DNA of 64,000 bases from Auanema rhodensis (Eukaryota > Animalia > Nematoda). The notes beneath the pieces were generated by a model that worked only from the letters and a program-made list of their open reading frames with translations, was not told the DNA's origin and ran no database searches. Made by a program: the position numbers and the translations under genes. Within the stretch, counting starts at the first letter, position 1; the number at the start of each line of letters is the position of its first letter. This document shows positions 33,101-45,638 of this stretch, one piece after another. The stretch is taken from assembly GCA_964057225.1 (NCBI GenBank), contig OZ059897.1:10292001-10356000 (forward strand). Reading direction: 5' to 3'.

Positions 33101-36100
33101 TCTAACAATTTTTGATTAAATCACGTTCATTAAACTGTATTGTTTTCAAAAATAAAGACATCTTTCAATTTCTGGTCATTGAATTAGAATTTTCATGTTG
33201 TCACACAGGAAATGAAGAATCTTAGTTCATTTCAGTAACAATGAACACAATAATTTTGTTTAGTTTGTAATACCGGCCCAAGTAGTATAGTGGTTAGTAC
33301 TCCACGTTGTGGCCGTGGCGACACAGGTTCGATTCCTGTCTTGGGCATTTTTTGTTTTGAAATTAAAATGCTATAAAATTATTGCTTGCTTGTCATGTTA
33401 GATTTGTTTAATTCAAATACTTATTTAAGTTCTAACAATTTTTGATTTAATCACGTTCAATTAACTGTATTGTTTTCAAAAATAAAGACATCTTTCAATT
33501 TCTGGTCATTGAATTAGAATTTTCATGTTGTCACACAGGAAATGAAGAATCTTAGTTCATTTCAGTAACAATGAACACAATAATTTTGTTTAGTTTGTAA
33601 TACCGGCCCAAGTAGTATAGTGGTTAGTACTCCACGTTGTGGCCGTGGCGACACAGGTTCGATTCCTGTCTTGGGCATTTTTTGTTTTGAAATTTAAATG
33701 CTATAAAATTTTTGCTTGCTTGTCATGTTAGATTTGTTTAATTTAAATACTTATTTAAGTTCCAACAATTTTCGATTAAATCACATCTAATTAACTGTAT
33801 TGTTTTCAAAAATAAAGACAAAATTCAACTTCTGTTCATTGAATTAGTATTTTCATGTTGTCACACAGAAATTGAAGAATCTTAGTTCATTTCAGTAACA
33901 ATGAACACACTAACTTTGTTAAGTTGTTGTAATATCGGCCCAAGTAGTATAGTGGTTAGTACTCCACGTTGTGGCCGTGGCGACACAGGTTCGATTCCTG
34001 TCTTGGGCATTTTTTGTTTTGAAATTTAAATGCTATAAAATTTTTGCTTGCTTGTCATGTTAGATTTGTTTAATTTAAATACTTATTTAAGTTCCAACAA
34101 TTTTCGATTAAATCACATCTAATTAACTGTATTGTTTTCAAAAATAAAGACAAAATTCAACTTCTGTTCATTGAATTAGTATTTTCATGTTGTCACACAG
34201 AAATTGAAGAATCTTAGTTCATTTCAGTAACAATGAACACACTAACTTTGTTAAGTTGTTGTAATATCGGCCCAAGTAGTATAGTAGTTAGTACTCCACG
34301 TTGTGGCCGTGGCGACACAGGTTCGATTCCTGTCTTGGGCATTTTTTGTTTTGAAATTTAAATGCTATAAAATTTTTGCTTGCTTGTCATGTTAGATTTG
34401 TTTAATTTAAATACTTATTTAAGTTCCAACAATTTTCGATTAAATCACATCTAATTAACTGTATTGTTTTCAAAAATAAAGACAAAATTCAACTTCTGTT
34501 CATTGAATTAGTATTTTCATGTTGTCACACAGAAATTGAAGAATCTTAGTTCATTTCAGTAACAATGAACACACTAACTTTGTTAAGTTGTTGTAATATC
34601 GGCCCAAGTAGTATAGTGGTTAGTACTCCACGTTGTGGCCGTGGCGACACAGGTTCGATTCCTGTCTTGGGCATTTTTTGTTTTGAAATTTAAATGCTAT
34701 AAAATTATTGCTTGCTTGTCATGTTAGATTTGTTTAATTCAAATACTTATTTAAGTTCTAACAATTTTTGATTTAATCACGTTCAATTAACTGTATTGTT
34801 TTCAAAAATAAAGACATCTTTCAATTTCTGGTCATTGAATTAGAATTTTCATGTTGTCACACAGGAAATGAAGAATCTTAGTTCATTTCAGTAACAATGA
34901 ACACAATAATTTTGTATAGTTTGTAATACCGGCCCAAGTAGTATAGTGGTTAGTACTCCACGTTGTGGCCGTGGCGACACAGGTTCGATTCCTGTCTTGG
35001 GCATTTTTTGTTTTGAAATTAAAAAGCTATAAACATATTGCTTGCTTGTCATGTTAGATTTGTTTAATTTAAATACTTATTTAAGTTCTAACAATTTTTG
35101 ATTTAATCACGTTCAATTAACTGTATTGTTTTCAAAAATAAAGACATCCTTCAATTTCTGGTCATTGAATTAGAATTTTCATGTTGTCACACAGGAAATG
35201 AAGAATCTTAGTTCATTTCAGTAACAATGAACACACTATTTTTGTTAAGTTGTTGTAATATCGGCCCAAGTAGTATAGTGGTTAGTACTCCACGTTGTGG
35301 CCGTGGCGACACAGGTTCGATTCCTGTCTTGGGCATTTTTTGTTTTGAAATTTAAATGCTATGAAATTATTGCTTGCTTGTCATGTTAGATTTGTTTAAT
35401 TTAAATACTTATTTAAGTTCCAACAATTTTCGATTAAATCACGTTCAATTAACTGTATTGTTTTCAAAAATAAAGACATCTTTCAATTTCTGGTCATTGA
35501 ATTAGAATTTTCATGTTGTCACACAGGAAATGAAGAATCTTAGTTCATTTCAGTAACAATGAACACAATAATTTTGTTTAGTTTGTAATGCCGGCCCAAG
35601 TAGTATAGTGGTTAGTACTCCACGTTGTGGCCGTGGCGACACAGGTTCGATTCCTGTCTTGGGCATTTTTTGTTTTGAAATTAAAATGCTATAAAATTAT
35701 TGCTTGCTTGTCATGTTAGATTTGTTTAATTTAAATACTTATTTAAGTTCCAACAATTTTCGATTAAATCACATTCAATTAACTGTATTGTTTTCAAAAA
35801 TAAAGACATCTTTCAATTTCTGGTCATTGAATTAGAATTTTCATGTTGTCACACAGGAAATGAAGAATCTTAGTTCATTTCAGTAACAATGAACACAATA
35901 ATTTGGTTTAGTTTGTAATACCGGCCCAAGTAGTATAGTGGTTAGTACTCCACGTTGTGGCCGTGGCGACACAGGTTCGATTCCTGTCTTGGGCATTTTT
36001 TGTTTTGAAATTAAAATGCTATAAAATTATTGCTTGCTTGTCATGTTAGATTTGTTTAATTCAAATACTTATTTAAGTTCTAACAATTTTTGATTAAATC

Positions 36101-39100
36101 ACGTTCATTAAACTGTATTGTTTTCAAAAATAAAGACATCTTTCAATTTCTGGTCATTGAATTAGAATTTTCATGTTGTCACACAGAAATTGAAGAATCT
36201 TAGTTCATTTCAGTAACAATGAACACACTAACTTTGTTAAGTTGTTGTAATATCGGCCCAAGTAGTATAGTGGTTAGTACTCCACGTTGTGGCCGTGGCG
36301 ACACAGGTTCGATTCCTGTCTTGGGCATTTTTTGTTTTGAAATTAAAAAGCTATAAACATATTGCTTGCTTGTCATGTTAGATTTGTTTAATTTAAATAC
36401 TTATTTAAGTTCCAACAATTTTCGATTAAATCACATTCAATTAACTGTATTGTTTTCAAAAATAAAGACATCTTTCAATTTCTGGTCATTGAATTAGAAT
36501 TTTCATGTTGTCACACAGGAAATGAAGAATCTTAGTTCATTTCAGTAACAATGAACACAATAATTTTGTTTAGTTTGTAATACCGGCCCAAGTAGTATAG
36601 TGGTTAGTACTCCACGTTGTGGCCGTGGCGACACAGGTTCGATTCCTGTCTTGGGCATTTTTTGTTTTGAAATTTAAATGCTAAAAAATTTTTGCTTGCT
36701 TGTCATGTTAGATTTGTTTAATTTAAATACTTATTTAAGTTCCAACAATTTTCGATTAAATCACATCTAATTAACTGTATTGTTTTCAAAAATAAAGACA
36801 AAATTCAACTTCTGTTCATTGAATTAGTATTTTCATGTTGTCACACAGAAATTGAAGAATCTTAGTTCATTTCAGTAACAATGAACACACTAACTTTGTT
36901 AAGTTGTTGTAATATCGGCCCAAGTAGTATAGTGGTTAGTACTCCACGTTGTGGCCGTGGCGACACAGGTTCGATTCCTGTCTTGGGCATTTTTTGTTTT
37001 GAAATTTAAATGCTATAAAATTATTGCTTGCTTGTCATGTTAGATTTGTTTAATTCAAATACTTATTTAAGTTCTAACAATTTTTGATTTAATCACGTTC
37101 AATTAACTGTATTGTTTTCAAAAATAAAGACATCTTTCAATTTCTGGTCATTGAATTAGAATTTTCATGTTGTCACACAGGAAATGAAGAATCTTAGTTC
37201 ATTTCAGTAACAATGAACACAATAATTTTGTATAGTTTGTAATACCGGCCCAAGTAGTATAGTGGTTAGTACTCCACGTTGTGGCCGTGGCGACACAGGT
37301 TCGATTCCTGTCTTGGGCATTTTTTGTTTTGAAATTAAAAAGCTATAAACATATTGCTTGCTTGTCATGTTAGATTTGTTTAATTTAAATACTTATTTAA
37401 GTTCTAACAATTTTTGATTTAATCACGTTCAATTAACTGTATTGTTTTCAAAAATAAAGACATCCTTCAATTTCTGGTCATTGAATTAGAATTTTCATGT
37501 TGTCACACAGGAAAAGAAGAATCTTAGTTCATTTCAGTAACAATGAACACACTATTTTTGTTAAGTTGTTGTAATATCGGCCCAAGTAGTATAGTGGTTA
37601 GTACTCCACGTTGTGGCCGTGGCGACACAGGTTCGATTCCTGTCTTGGGCATTTTTTGTTTTGAAATTTAAATGCTATGAAATTATTGCTTGCTTGTCAT
37701 GTTAGATTTGTTTAATTTAAATACTTATTTAAGTTCCAACAATTTTCGATTAAATCACGTTCAATTAACTGTATTGTTTTCAAAAATAAAGACATCTTTC
37801 AATTTCTGGTCATTGAATTAGAATTTTCATGTTGTCACACAGGAAATGAAGAATCTTAGTTCATTTCAGTAACAATGAACACAATAATTTTGTTTAGTTT
37901 GTAATGCCGGCCCAAGTAGTATAGTGGTTAGTACTCCACGTTGTGGCCGTGGCGACACAGGTTCGATTCCTGTCTTGGGCATTTTTTGTTTTGAAATTAA
38001 AAAGCTATAAACATATTGCTTGCTTGTCATGTTAGATTTGTTTAATTTAAATACTTATTTAAGTTCTAACAATTTTTGATTTAATCACGTTCAATTAACT
38101 GTATTGTTTTCAAAAATAAAGACATCCTTCAATTTCTGGTCATTGAATTAGAATTTTCATGTTGTCACACAGGAAATGAAGAATCTTAGTTCATTTCAGT
38201 AACAATGAACACACTATTTTTGTTAAGTTGTTGTAATATCGGCCCAAGTAGTATAGTGGTTAGTACTCCACGTTGTGGCCGTGGCGACACAGGTTCGATT
38301 CCTGCCTTGGGCATTTTTTGTTTTGAAATTAAAATGCTATAAAATTATTGCTTGCTTGTCATGTTAGATTTGTTTAATTCAAATACTTATTTAAGTTCTA
38401 ACAATTTTTGATTAAATCACGTTCATTAAACTGTATTGTTTTCAAAAATAAAGACATCTTTCAATTTCTGGTCATTGAATTAGAATTTTCATGTTGTCAC
38501 ACAGAAATTGAAGAATCTTAGTTCATTTCAGTAACAATGAACACACTAACTTTGTTAAGTTGTTGTAATATCGGCCCAAGTAGTATAGTGGTTAGTACTC
38601 CACGTTGTGGCCGTGGCGACACAGGTTCGATTCCTGTCTTGGGCATTTTTTGTTTTGAAATTAAAATGCTATAAAATTATTGCTTGCTTGTCATGTTAGA
38701 TTTGTTTAATTTAAATACTTATTTAAGTTCCAACAATTTTCGATTTAATCACGTTCAATTAACTGTATTGTTTTCAAAAATAAAGACATCTTTCAATTTC
38801 TGGTCATTGAATTAGAATTTTCATGTTGTCACACAGGAAATGAAGAATCTTAGTTCATTTCAGTAACAATGAACACAATAATTTGGTTTAGTTTGTAATA
38901 CCGGCCCAAGTAGTATAGTGGTTAGTACTCCACGTTGTGGCCGTGGCGACACAGGTTCGATTCCTGTCTTGGGCATTTTTTGTTTTGAAATTAAAATGCT
39001 ATAAAATTATTGCTTGCTTGTCATGTTAGATTTGTTTAATTCAAATACTTATTTAAGTTCTAACAATTTTTGATTAAATCACGTTCATTAAACTGTATTG

Positions 39101-42100
39101 TTTTCAAAAATAAAGACATCTTTCAATTTCTGGTCATTGAATTAGAATTTTCATGTTGTCACACAGAAATTGAAGAATCTTAGTTCATTTCAGTAACAAT
39201 GAACACACTAACTTTGTTAAGTTGTTGTAATATCGGCCCAAGTAGTATAGTGGTTAGTACTCCACGTTGTGGCCGTGGCGACACAGGTTCGATTCCTGTC
39301 TTGGGCATTTTTTGTTTTGAAATTAAAATGCTATAAAATTATTGCTTGCTTGTCATGTTAGATTTGTTTAATTTAAATACTTATTTAAGTTCCAACAATT
39401 TTCGATTAAATCACATTCAATTAACTGTATTGTTTTCAAAAATAAAGACATCTTTCAATTTCTGGTCATTGAATTAGAATTTTCATGTTGTCACACAGGA
39501 AATGAAGAATCTTAGTTCATTTCAGTAACAATGAACACAATAATTTGGTTTAGTTTGTAATACCGGCCCAAGTAGTATAGTGGTTAGTACTCCACGTTGT
39601 GGCCGTGGCGACACAGGTTCGATTCCTGCCTTGGGCATTTTTTGTTTTGAAATTAAAATGCTATAAAATTATTGCTTGCTTGTCATGTTAGATTTGTTTA
39701 ATTCAAATACTTATTTAAGTTCTAACAATTTTTGATTAAATCACGTTCATTAAACTGTATTGTTTTCAAAAATAAAGACATCTTTCAATTTCTGGTCATT
39801 GAATTAGAATTTTCATGTTGTCACACAGAAATTGAAGAATCTTAGTTCATTTCAGTAACAATGAACACAATAATTTGGTTTAGTTTGTAATACCGGCCCA
39901 AGTAGTATAGTGGTTAGTACTCCACGTTGTGGCCGTGGCGACACAGGTTCGATTCCTGCCTTGGGCATTTTTTGTTTTGAAATTAAAATGCTATAAAATT
40001 ATTGCTTGCTTGTCATGTTAGATTTGTTTAATTTAAATACTTATTTAAGTTCCAACAATTTTTGATTTAATCACGTTCAATTAACTGTATTGTTTTCAAA
40101 AATAAAGACATCTTTCAATTTCTGGTCATTGAATTAGAATTTTCATGTTGTCACACAGAAATTGAAGAATCTTAGTTCATTTCAGTAACAATGAACACAC
40201 TAACTTTGTTAAGTTGTTGTAATATCGGCCCAAGTAGTATAGTGGTTAGTACTCCACGTTGTGGCCGTGGCGACACAGGTTCGATTCCTGTCTTGGGCAT
40301 TTTTTGTTTTGAAATTTAAATGCTATAAAATTATTGCTTGCTTGTCATGTTAGATTTGTTTAATTCAAATACTTATTAAAGTTCCAACAATTTTCGATTA
40401 AATCACATTCAATTAACTGTATTGTTTTCAAAAATAAAGACATCTTTCAATTTCTGGTCATTGAATTAGAATTTTCATGTTGTCACACAGAAATTGAAGA
40501 TTCTTAGTTCATTTCAGTAACAATGAACACACTAACTTTGTTAAGTTGTTGTAATATCGGCCCAAGTAGTATAGTGGTTAGTACTCCACGTTGTGGCCGT
40601 GGCGACACAGGTTCGATTCCTGTCTTGGGCATTTTTTGTTTTGAAATTTAAATGCTATAAAATTATTGCTTGCTTGTCATGTTAGATTTGTTTAATTCAA
40701 ATACTTATTTAAGTTCTAACAATTTTTGATTTAATTACGTTCAATTAACTGTATTGTTTTCAAAAATAAAGACATCTTTCAATTTCTGGTCATTGAATTA
40801 GAATTTTCATGTTGTCACACAGAAATTGAAGAATCTTAGTTCATTTCAGTAACAATGAACACACTAACTTTGTTAAGTTGTTGTAATATCGGCCCAAGTA
40901 GTATAGTGGTTAGTACTCCACGTTGTGGCCGTGGCGACACAGGTTCGATTCCTGTCTTGGGCATTTTTTGTTTTGAAATTTAAATGCTATAAAATTATTG
41001 CTTGCTTGTCATGTTAGATTTGTTTAATTCAAATACTTATTTAAGTTCTAACAATTTTCGATTAAATCACATTCAATGAACTGTATTGTTTTCAAAAATA
41101 AAGACATCTTTCAATTTCTGGTCATTGAATTAGAATTTTCATGTTGTCACACAGGAAATGAAGAATCTTAGTTCATTTCAGTAACAATGAACACAATAAT
41201 TTGGTTTAGTTTGTAATACCGGCCCAAGTAGTATAGTGGTTAGTACTCCACGTTGTGGCCGTGGCGACACAGGTTCGATTCCTGTCTTGGGCATTTTTTG
41301 TTTTGAAATTTAAATGCTATAAAATTATTGCTTGCTTGTCATGTTAGATTTGTTTAATTTAAATACTTATTTAAGTTCCAACAATTTTCGATCAAATCAC
41401 GTTCATTAAACTGTATTGTTTTCAAAAATAAAGACATCTTTCAATTTCTGGTCATTGAATTAGAATTTTCATGTTGTCACACAGAAATTGAAGAATCTTA
41501 GTTCATTTCAGTAACAATGAACACACTAACTTTGTTAAGTTGTTGTAATATCGGCCCAAGTAGTATAGTGGTTAGTACTCCACGTTGTGGCCGTGGCGAC
41601 ACAGGTTCGATTCCTGTCTTGGGCATTTTTTGTTTTGAAATTTAAATGCTATAAAATTATTGCTTGCTTGTCATGTTAGATTTGTTTAATTCAAATACTT
41701 ATTTAAGTTCTAACAATTTTCGATTAAATCACATTCAATGAACTGTATTGTTTTCAAAAATAAAGACATCTTTCAATTTCTGGTCATTGAATTAGAATTT
41801 TCATGTTGTCACACAGGAAATGAAGAATCTTAGTTCATTTCAGTAACAATGAACACAATAATTTGGTTTAGTTTGTAATACCGGCCCAAGTAGTATAGTG
41901 GTTAGTACTCCACGTTGTGGCCGTGGCGACACAGGTTCGATTCCTGTCTTGGGCATTTTTTGTTTTGAAATTTAAATGCTATAAAATTATTGCTTGCTTG
42001 TCATGTTAGATTTGTTTAATTTAAATACTTATTTAAGTTCCAACAATTTTCGATCAAATCACGTTCATTAAACTGTATTGTTTTCAAAAATAAAGACATC

Positions 42101-42545
42101 TTTCAATTTCTGGTCATTGAATTAGAATTTTCATGTTGTCACACAGAAATTGAAGAATCTTAGTTCATTTCAGTAACAATGAACACACTAACTTTGTTAA
42201 GTTGTTGTAATATCGGCCCAAGTAGTATAGTGGTTAGTACTCCACGTTGTGGCCGTGGCGACACAGGTTCGATTCCTGTCTTGGGCATTTTTTGTTTTGA
42301 AATTTAAATGCTGTAAAATTATTGCTTGCTTGTCATGTTAGATTTGTTTAATTCAAATACTTATTTAAGTTCTAACAATTTTTGATTTAATCACGTTCAA
42401 TTAACTGTATTGTTTTCAAAAATAAAGACATCTTTCAATTTCTGGTCATTGAATTAGAATTTTCATGTTGTCACACAGGAAATGAACAATCTTAGTTCAT
42501 TTCAGTAACAATGAACACAATAATTTTGTATAGTTTGTAATACCG

Positions 42546-42617
42546 GCCCAAGTAGTATAGTGGTTAGTACTCCACGTTGTGGCCGTGGCGACACAGGTTC
42601 GATTCCTGTCTTGGGCA
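42546..42617 (+). tRNA. trnH-GUG: tRNA-His(GUG), last copy of segment 2
   Basis: Same 72-nt cloverleaf. Confidence 0.95.
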
Positions 42618-42762
42618 TTTTTTGTTTTGAAATTAAAAAGCTATAAACATATTGCTTGCTTGTCATGTTAGATTTGTTTAATTTAAATACTTATTTAAGT
42701 TTTAACAATTTTTGATTTAATCACGTTCAATTAACTGTATTGTTTTCAAAAATAAAGACATC

Positions 42763-43144
42763 TGTCACATCTGCAAGCACATGGTAAACATGTGCGCGCT
42801 ATTCAAATAGCGGGAGCCTGAACAAGCCCCGCCCACAACATGGGACACACATGGCACTCTTGCTTCTGGCCTAACCCAGATAGGTTGTCTTATAGCCATG
42901 TGAGTCTCATCTCTATATCATCTATATATATACTCTATTTAATACTTTATTATATCTCTTTATATTCTTTCTTAATGTAATTCTTATATTGTATTTTCTT
43001 GTTATCTGATAATGAATCCTTTTCTCTTTGAGTATTTGTCTTAATAAGGAAATCGGGGCGTTCGGGTCTGCCTACCTAAGGAACAAGGTAGAAGTACATA
43101 TATCTTCCGACCATGAAAAGAACGGGAAGAAACAATATGTAACG
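42763..43144 (+). repeat. 5' LTR of element C (TG...CG)
   Basis: TGTCACAT...ATGTAACG, direct repeat of 51204-51585. Confidence 0.95.
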
Positions 43145-43157
43145 TGGAGGTTCCACC
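43145..43157 (+). other. Primer binding site, tRNA-Gln
   Basis: TGGAGGTTCCACC abutting the LTR with no spacer. Confidence 0.8.
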
Positions 43158-44354
43158 TTGCTTACTTTACTGTTAATTTATTGACAGCAAGTTTACGAGA
43201 CTTTTGGACTTAATTACCCAACAGTGAGGAGTAACCGAGCCGTGCACCATGATTTCCCCAAAAATTATTTTGGCTACCACTTCTCCTCCGCTCAACGAAA
43301 ACTGGGAGGTGTCTGAGACGTTTGGGGAAACTATCAGACAATAGTTTTGACGAGCGTTACCTTTTTGTTATGCACGCGCGTGCTATTTTGATTCATTACT
43401 TTATGATGTGAATGTCCAGTGTGGCAACAGAGCTCACTTTTTAGCTGAGTTGTTTGGAAGCTGGAGGCTGTTGGGATAATTTTATTTACGATTTTTTGAT
43501 TTTGATTCACATCCAAGGGTTCATCAGGATTCTACTCCTGTTAACTCTTTTCTTATTAGTTCAGAGATAATAAGAATATTTAAATTCCTACCCACCCAAG
43601 TCCACTCTACGTCTGCCAACGTTTCCTTTTTCCTATATTATTGACAGATTACTGAATTTAAATTCCTATATCAATCTTAAATTACCTTCTAAATCTTTTG
43701 AAATTAAATTAAAAATTATCTTAATTAAGATTTATTTTGAAATTCTTTCTACAAATCTTAATAAACTTTATAAAATTGAACTTAATATACGAGATGAGAC
43801 ATTTTTGTTTACTTTAAGCTTACTCACATTCAAATAGTTGGCCCACGCGTACCAGCTGTTCGATATGTGTAGTCAATAACAGCTGTTAAAATTCAAAAGT
43901 TTTCAAACAGGCTTAAGGCACCATCTGTGATTCCTTATTTGTCTCTAAGCTGACATAAGTGATTATAATATTCAAATATCACGACAGACGGTCAATGGTT
44001 GTTTACCATAAGCGCTAACATCTGGTGTCGTGACACATGGCTGGAGACGGAGCTTGAAGCTTCAACGATCCTCCTTCATCGGACGCCATTGTCACAAACG
44101 TTTTTACTGGAGTCTAGTTGCTTCCAGTACGCGCTTTTATATTCATCTAACTGTATTCACCAGCCACCCTGTCGGACTCGGACATCAGCGACGAAAACAA
44201 AGATCAGGAACAAGGATCACCAGAGGTACGCCAAGTTTTTGAATTTAATTCTAAAAACTTAAATACTCCATCCACCTACCTCTCTCCTTTTGAATTTTTG
44301 AGAGAAGAAGGTGATTCCTCTTCTTCTTCTCACTCTTCTTCTCTAACAATTAGA

Positions 44355-45638
44355 ATGAGAAGTAAAAGCAGAAAGGCCATCACTGAGGAAACACCTCGGG
44401 CACCTACTACAGTACGAAATAGATCACCAAGTCGGTGGGCCGCTGCTATAACTAAAGCTTTTGAAAGAAAAATGACTCCTACCTCTCCATCTCCTAATTC
44501 TAATGTTGCTCCACCCTCTAGAAATATGGCAACTATTTTAAATTGCCATCTCTGTCCCAGGTATGACGGCTCTCGTAGCTTTCGTTCTTTTGTTGAATCT
44601 TTAAATAGATTTTTTAATGTTATGAATCTAAGCTTACCTGAGAGACTATTAATTTTGCCTCTTCTTTTGGAATCAAATGAAACAGCTCTCTCCTTGTATA
44701 ATAGTATTCCTAGTGGCATAAGAACTAATGGCCCATGGATTGTTTTGATGGATCAGCTCACTGAGCTTTTAGCGCCTAAAACAGATAAAAATTTCACCAT
44801 AGCGCTTATTCATCGAGTACAACAAGGAGATAAATCTGTTCTTGATTTTAGTATGGAATTAGAGAGAATGGCAAGCACCATAATGTCACCAATGGATCCC
44901 GAGCGGGAACCAATGTTGAAAACGGCATTTTTAAATGGTTTAAAAGAGGAACTGGGTATTGCGGTTTTAACTAAAAACCCCGCCACTTATGAACAAGCTA
45001 AGAAATTAGCTAGGTTTGAAGAAGGCGTTCGTAATAGCTTCATGAAAAGAAATGAAGACACCAGCACCTTGAAGGAGCTCATAAATGCTTTACAGCATAA
45101 ATTAAGCTTTAGTGAAGAAAGAGAAAGAAGTAGGAATAATAATAATAATAAAAATTATAAAAATAATAAAAATAATAAAAAAAATAATAACTGGACTCAG
45201 CACAATAATGGCTCTAATGATTATGAGCGAGAGAGAGAGCGACCTTCTGCCGTACGTTATAATAATAATAACTCGCAGAACGGGAATATGAATAGGCGTC
45301 CTAACTCGGGAAACCGCCCATTTGCCAATGGCAGAAATGCCAATAGCTCGTCTTGGAACCCTAGGCCTAGTTCCCCAAGAAGACAAAGACCATCAGCCAA
45401 TGGGAATGGTAACTCAAGGGTATACAGCGTAGCGACCCCATTCATGCCACCGGTCACGTTGTGCCTGACTTTATTGGCACTCTCATGCCTTCCCTTTGGG
45501 TCGGCAAAATATCAGATTTGCGCTCAATCTGAAGGGGGTATATTAGTAACACCTCCTGTGGTCACAGGCTGCCATAAGGCAGAAATTGAAAAGGCTCACA
45601 GTGTTGAGATGAAATATATCTACCAAAGGCTGAGATAG
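44355..45638 (+). CDS. Gag + signal peptide + start of glycoprotein of element C (frameshifted near 45615-45635)
   Basis: CPRYDGSRSF, QGDKSVLDF, FLNGL; N/R-rich region; hydrophobic VTLCLTLLALSCLPFGSA; KYQIC..GG..PP..C. Homology continues in another frame (IESWEAWKCYVKK). First ATG is 44355. Confidence 0.85.
   Translation: MRSKSRKAITEETPRAPTTVRNRSPSRWAAAITKAFERKMTPTSPSPNSNVAPPSRNMATILNCHLCPRYDGSRSFRSFVESLNRFFNVMNLSLPERLLILPLLLESNETALSLYNSIPSGIRTNGPWIVLMDQLTELLAPKTDKNFTIALIHRVQQGDKSVLDFSMELERMASTIMSPMDPEREPMLKTAFLNGLKEELGIAVLTKNPATYEQAKKLARFEEGVRNSFMKRNEDTSTLKELINALQHKLSFSEERERSRNNNNNKNYKNNKNNKKNNNWTQHNNGSNDYERERERPSAVRYNNNNSQNGNMNRRPNSGNRPFANGRNANSSSWNPRPSSPRRQRPSANGNGNSRVYSVATPFMPPVTLCLTLLALSCLPFGSAKYQICAQSEGGILVTPPVVTGCHKAEIEKAHSVEMKYIYQRLR

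Larger units (their letters stand above)
24028..42762 (+). repeat. tRNA-His tandem array segment 2: 57 tRNA copies
   Basis: tRNA +1 from 24030 to 42546 at 330/332-bp spacing, with two 314-bp units (before copies 26336 and 29304). Confidence 0.97.

Noticed and set aside
42763-42769. LTR C start TGTCACA matches array spacer TGTCACAC, suggesting homology-driven insertion
   Set aside because: The insertion point is ~37 bp from that motif and has a normal 4-bp TSD; a 7-bp match is expected by chance.
43145-43157. Elements target the array through primer-tRNA homology
   Set aside because: PBSs match tRNA-Gln (B, C) and tRNA-Gly (BEL), not tRNA-His.
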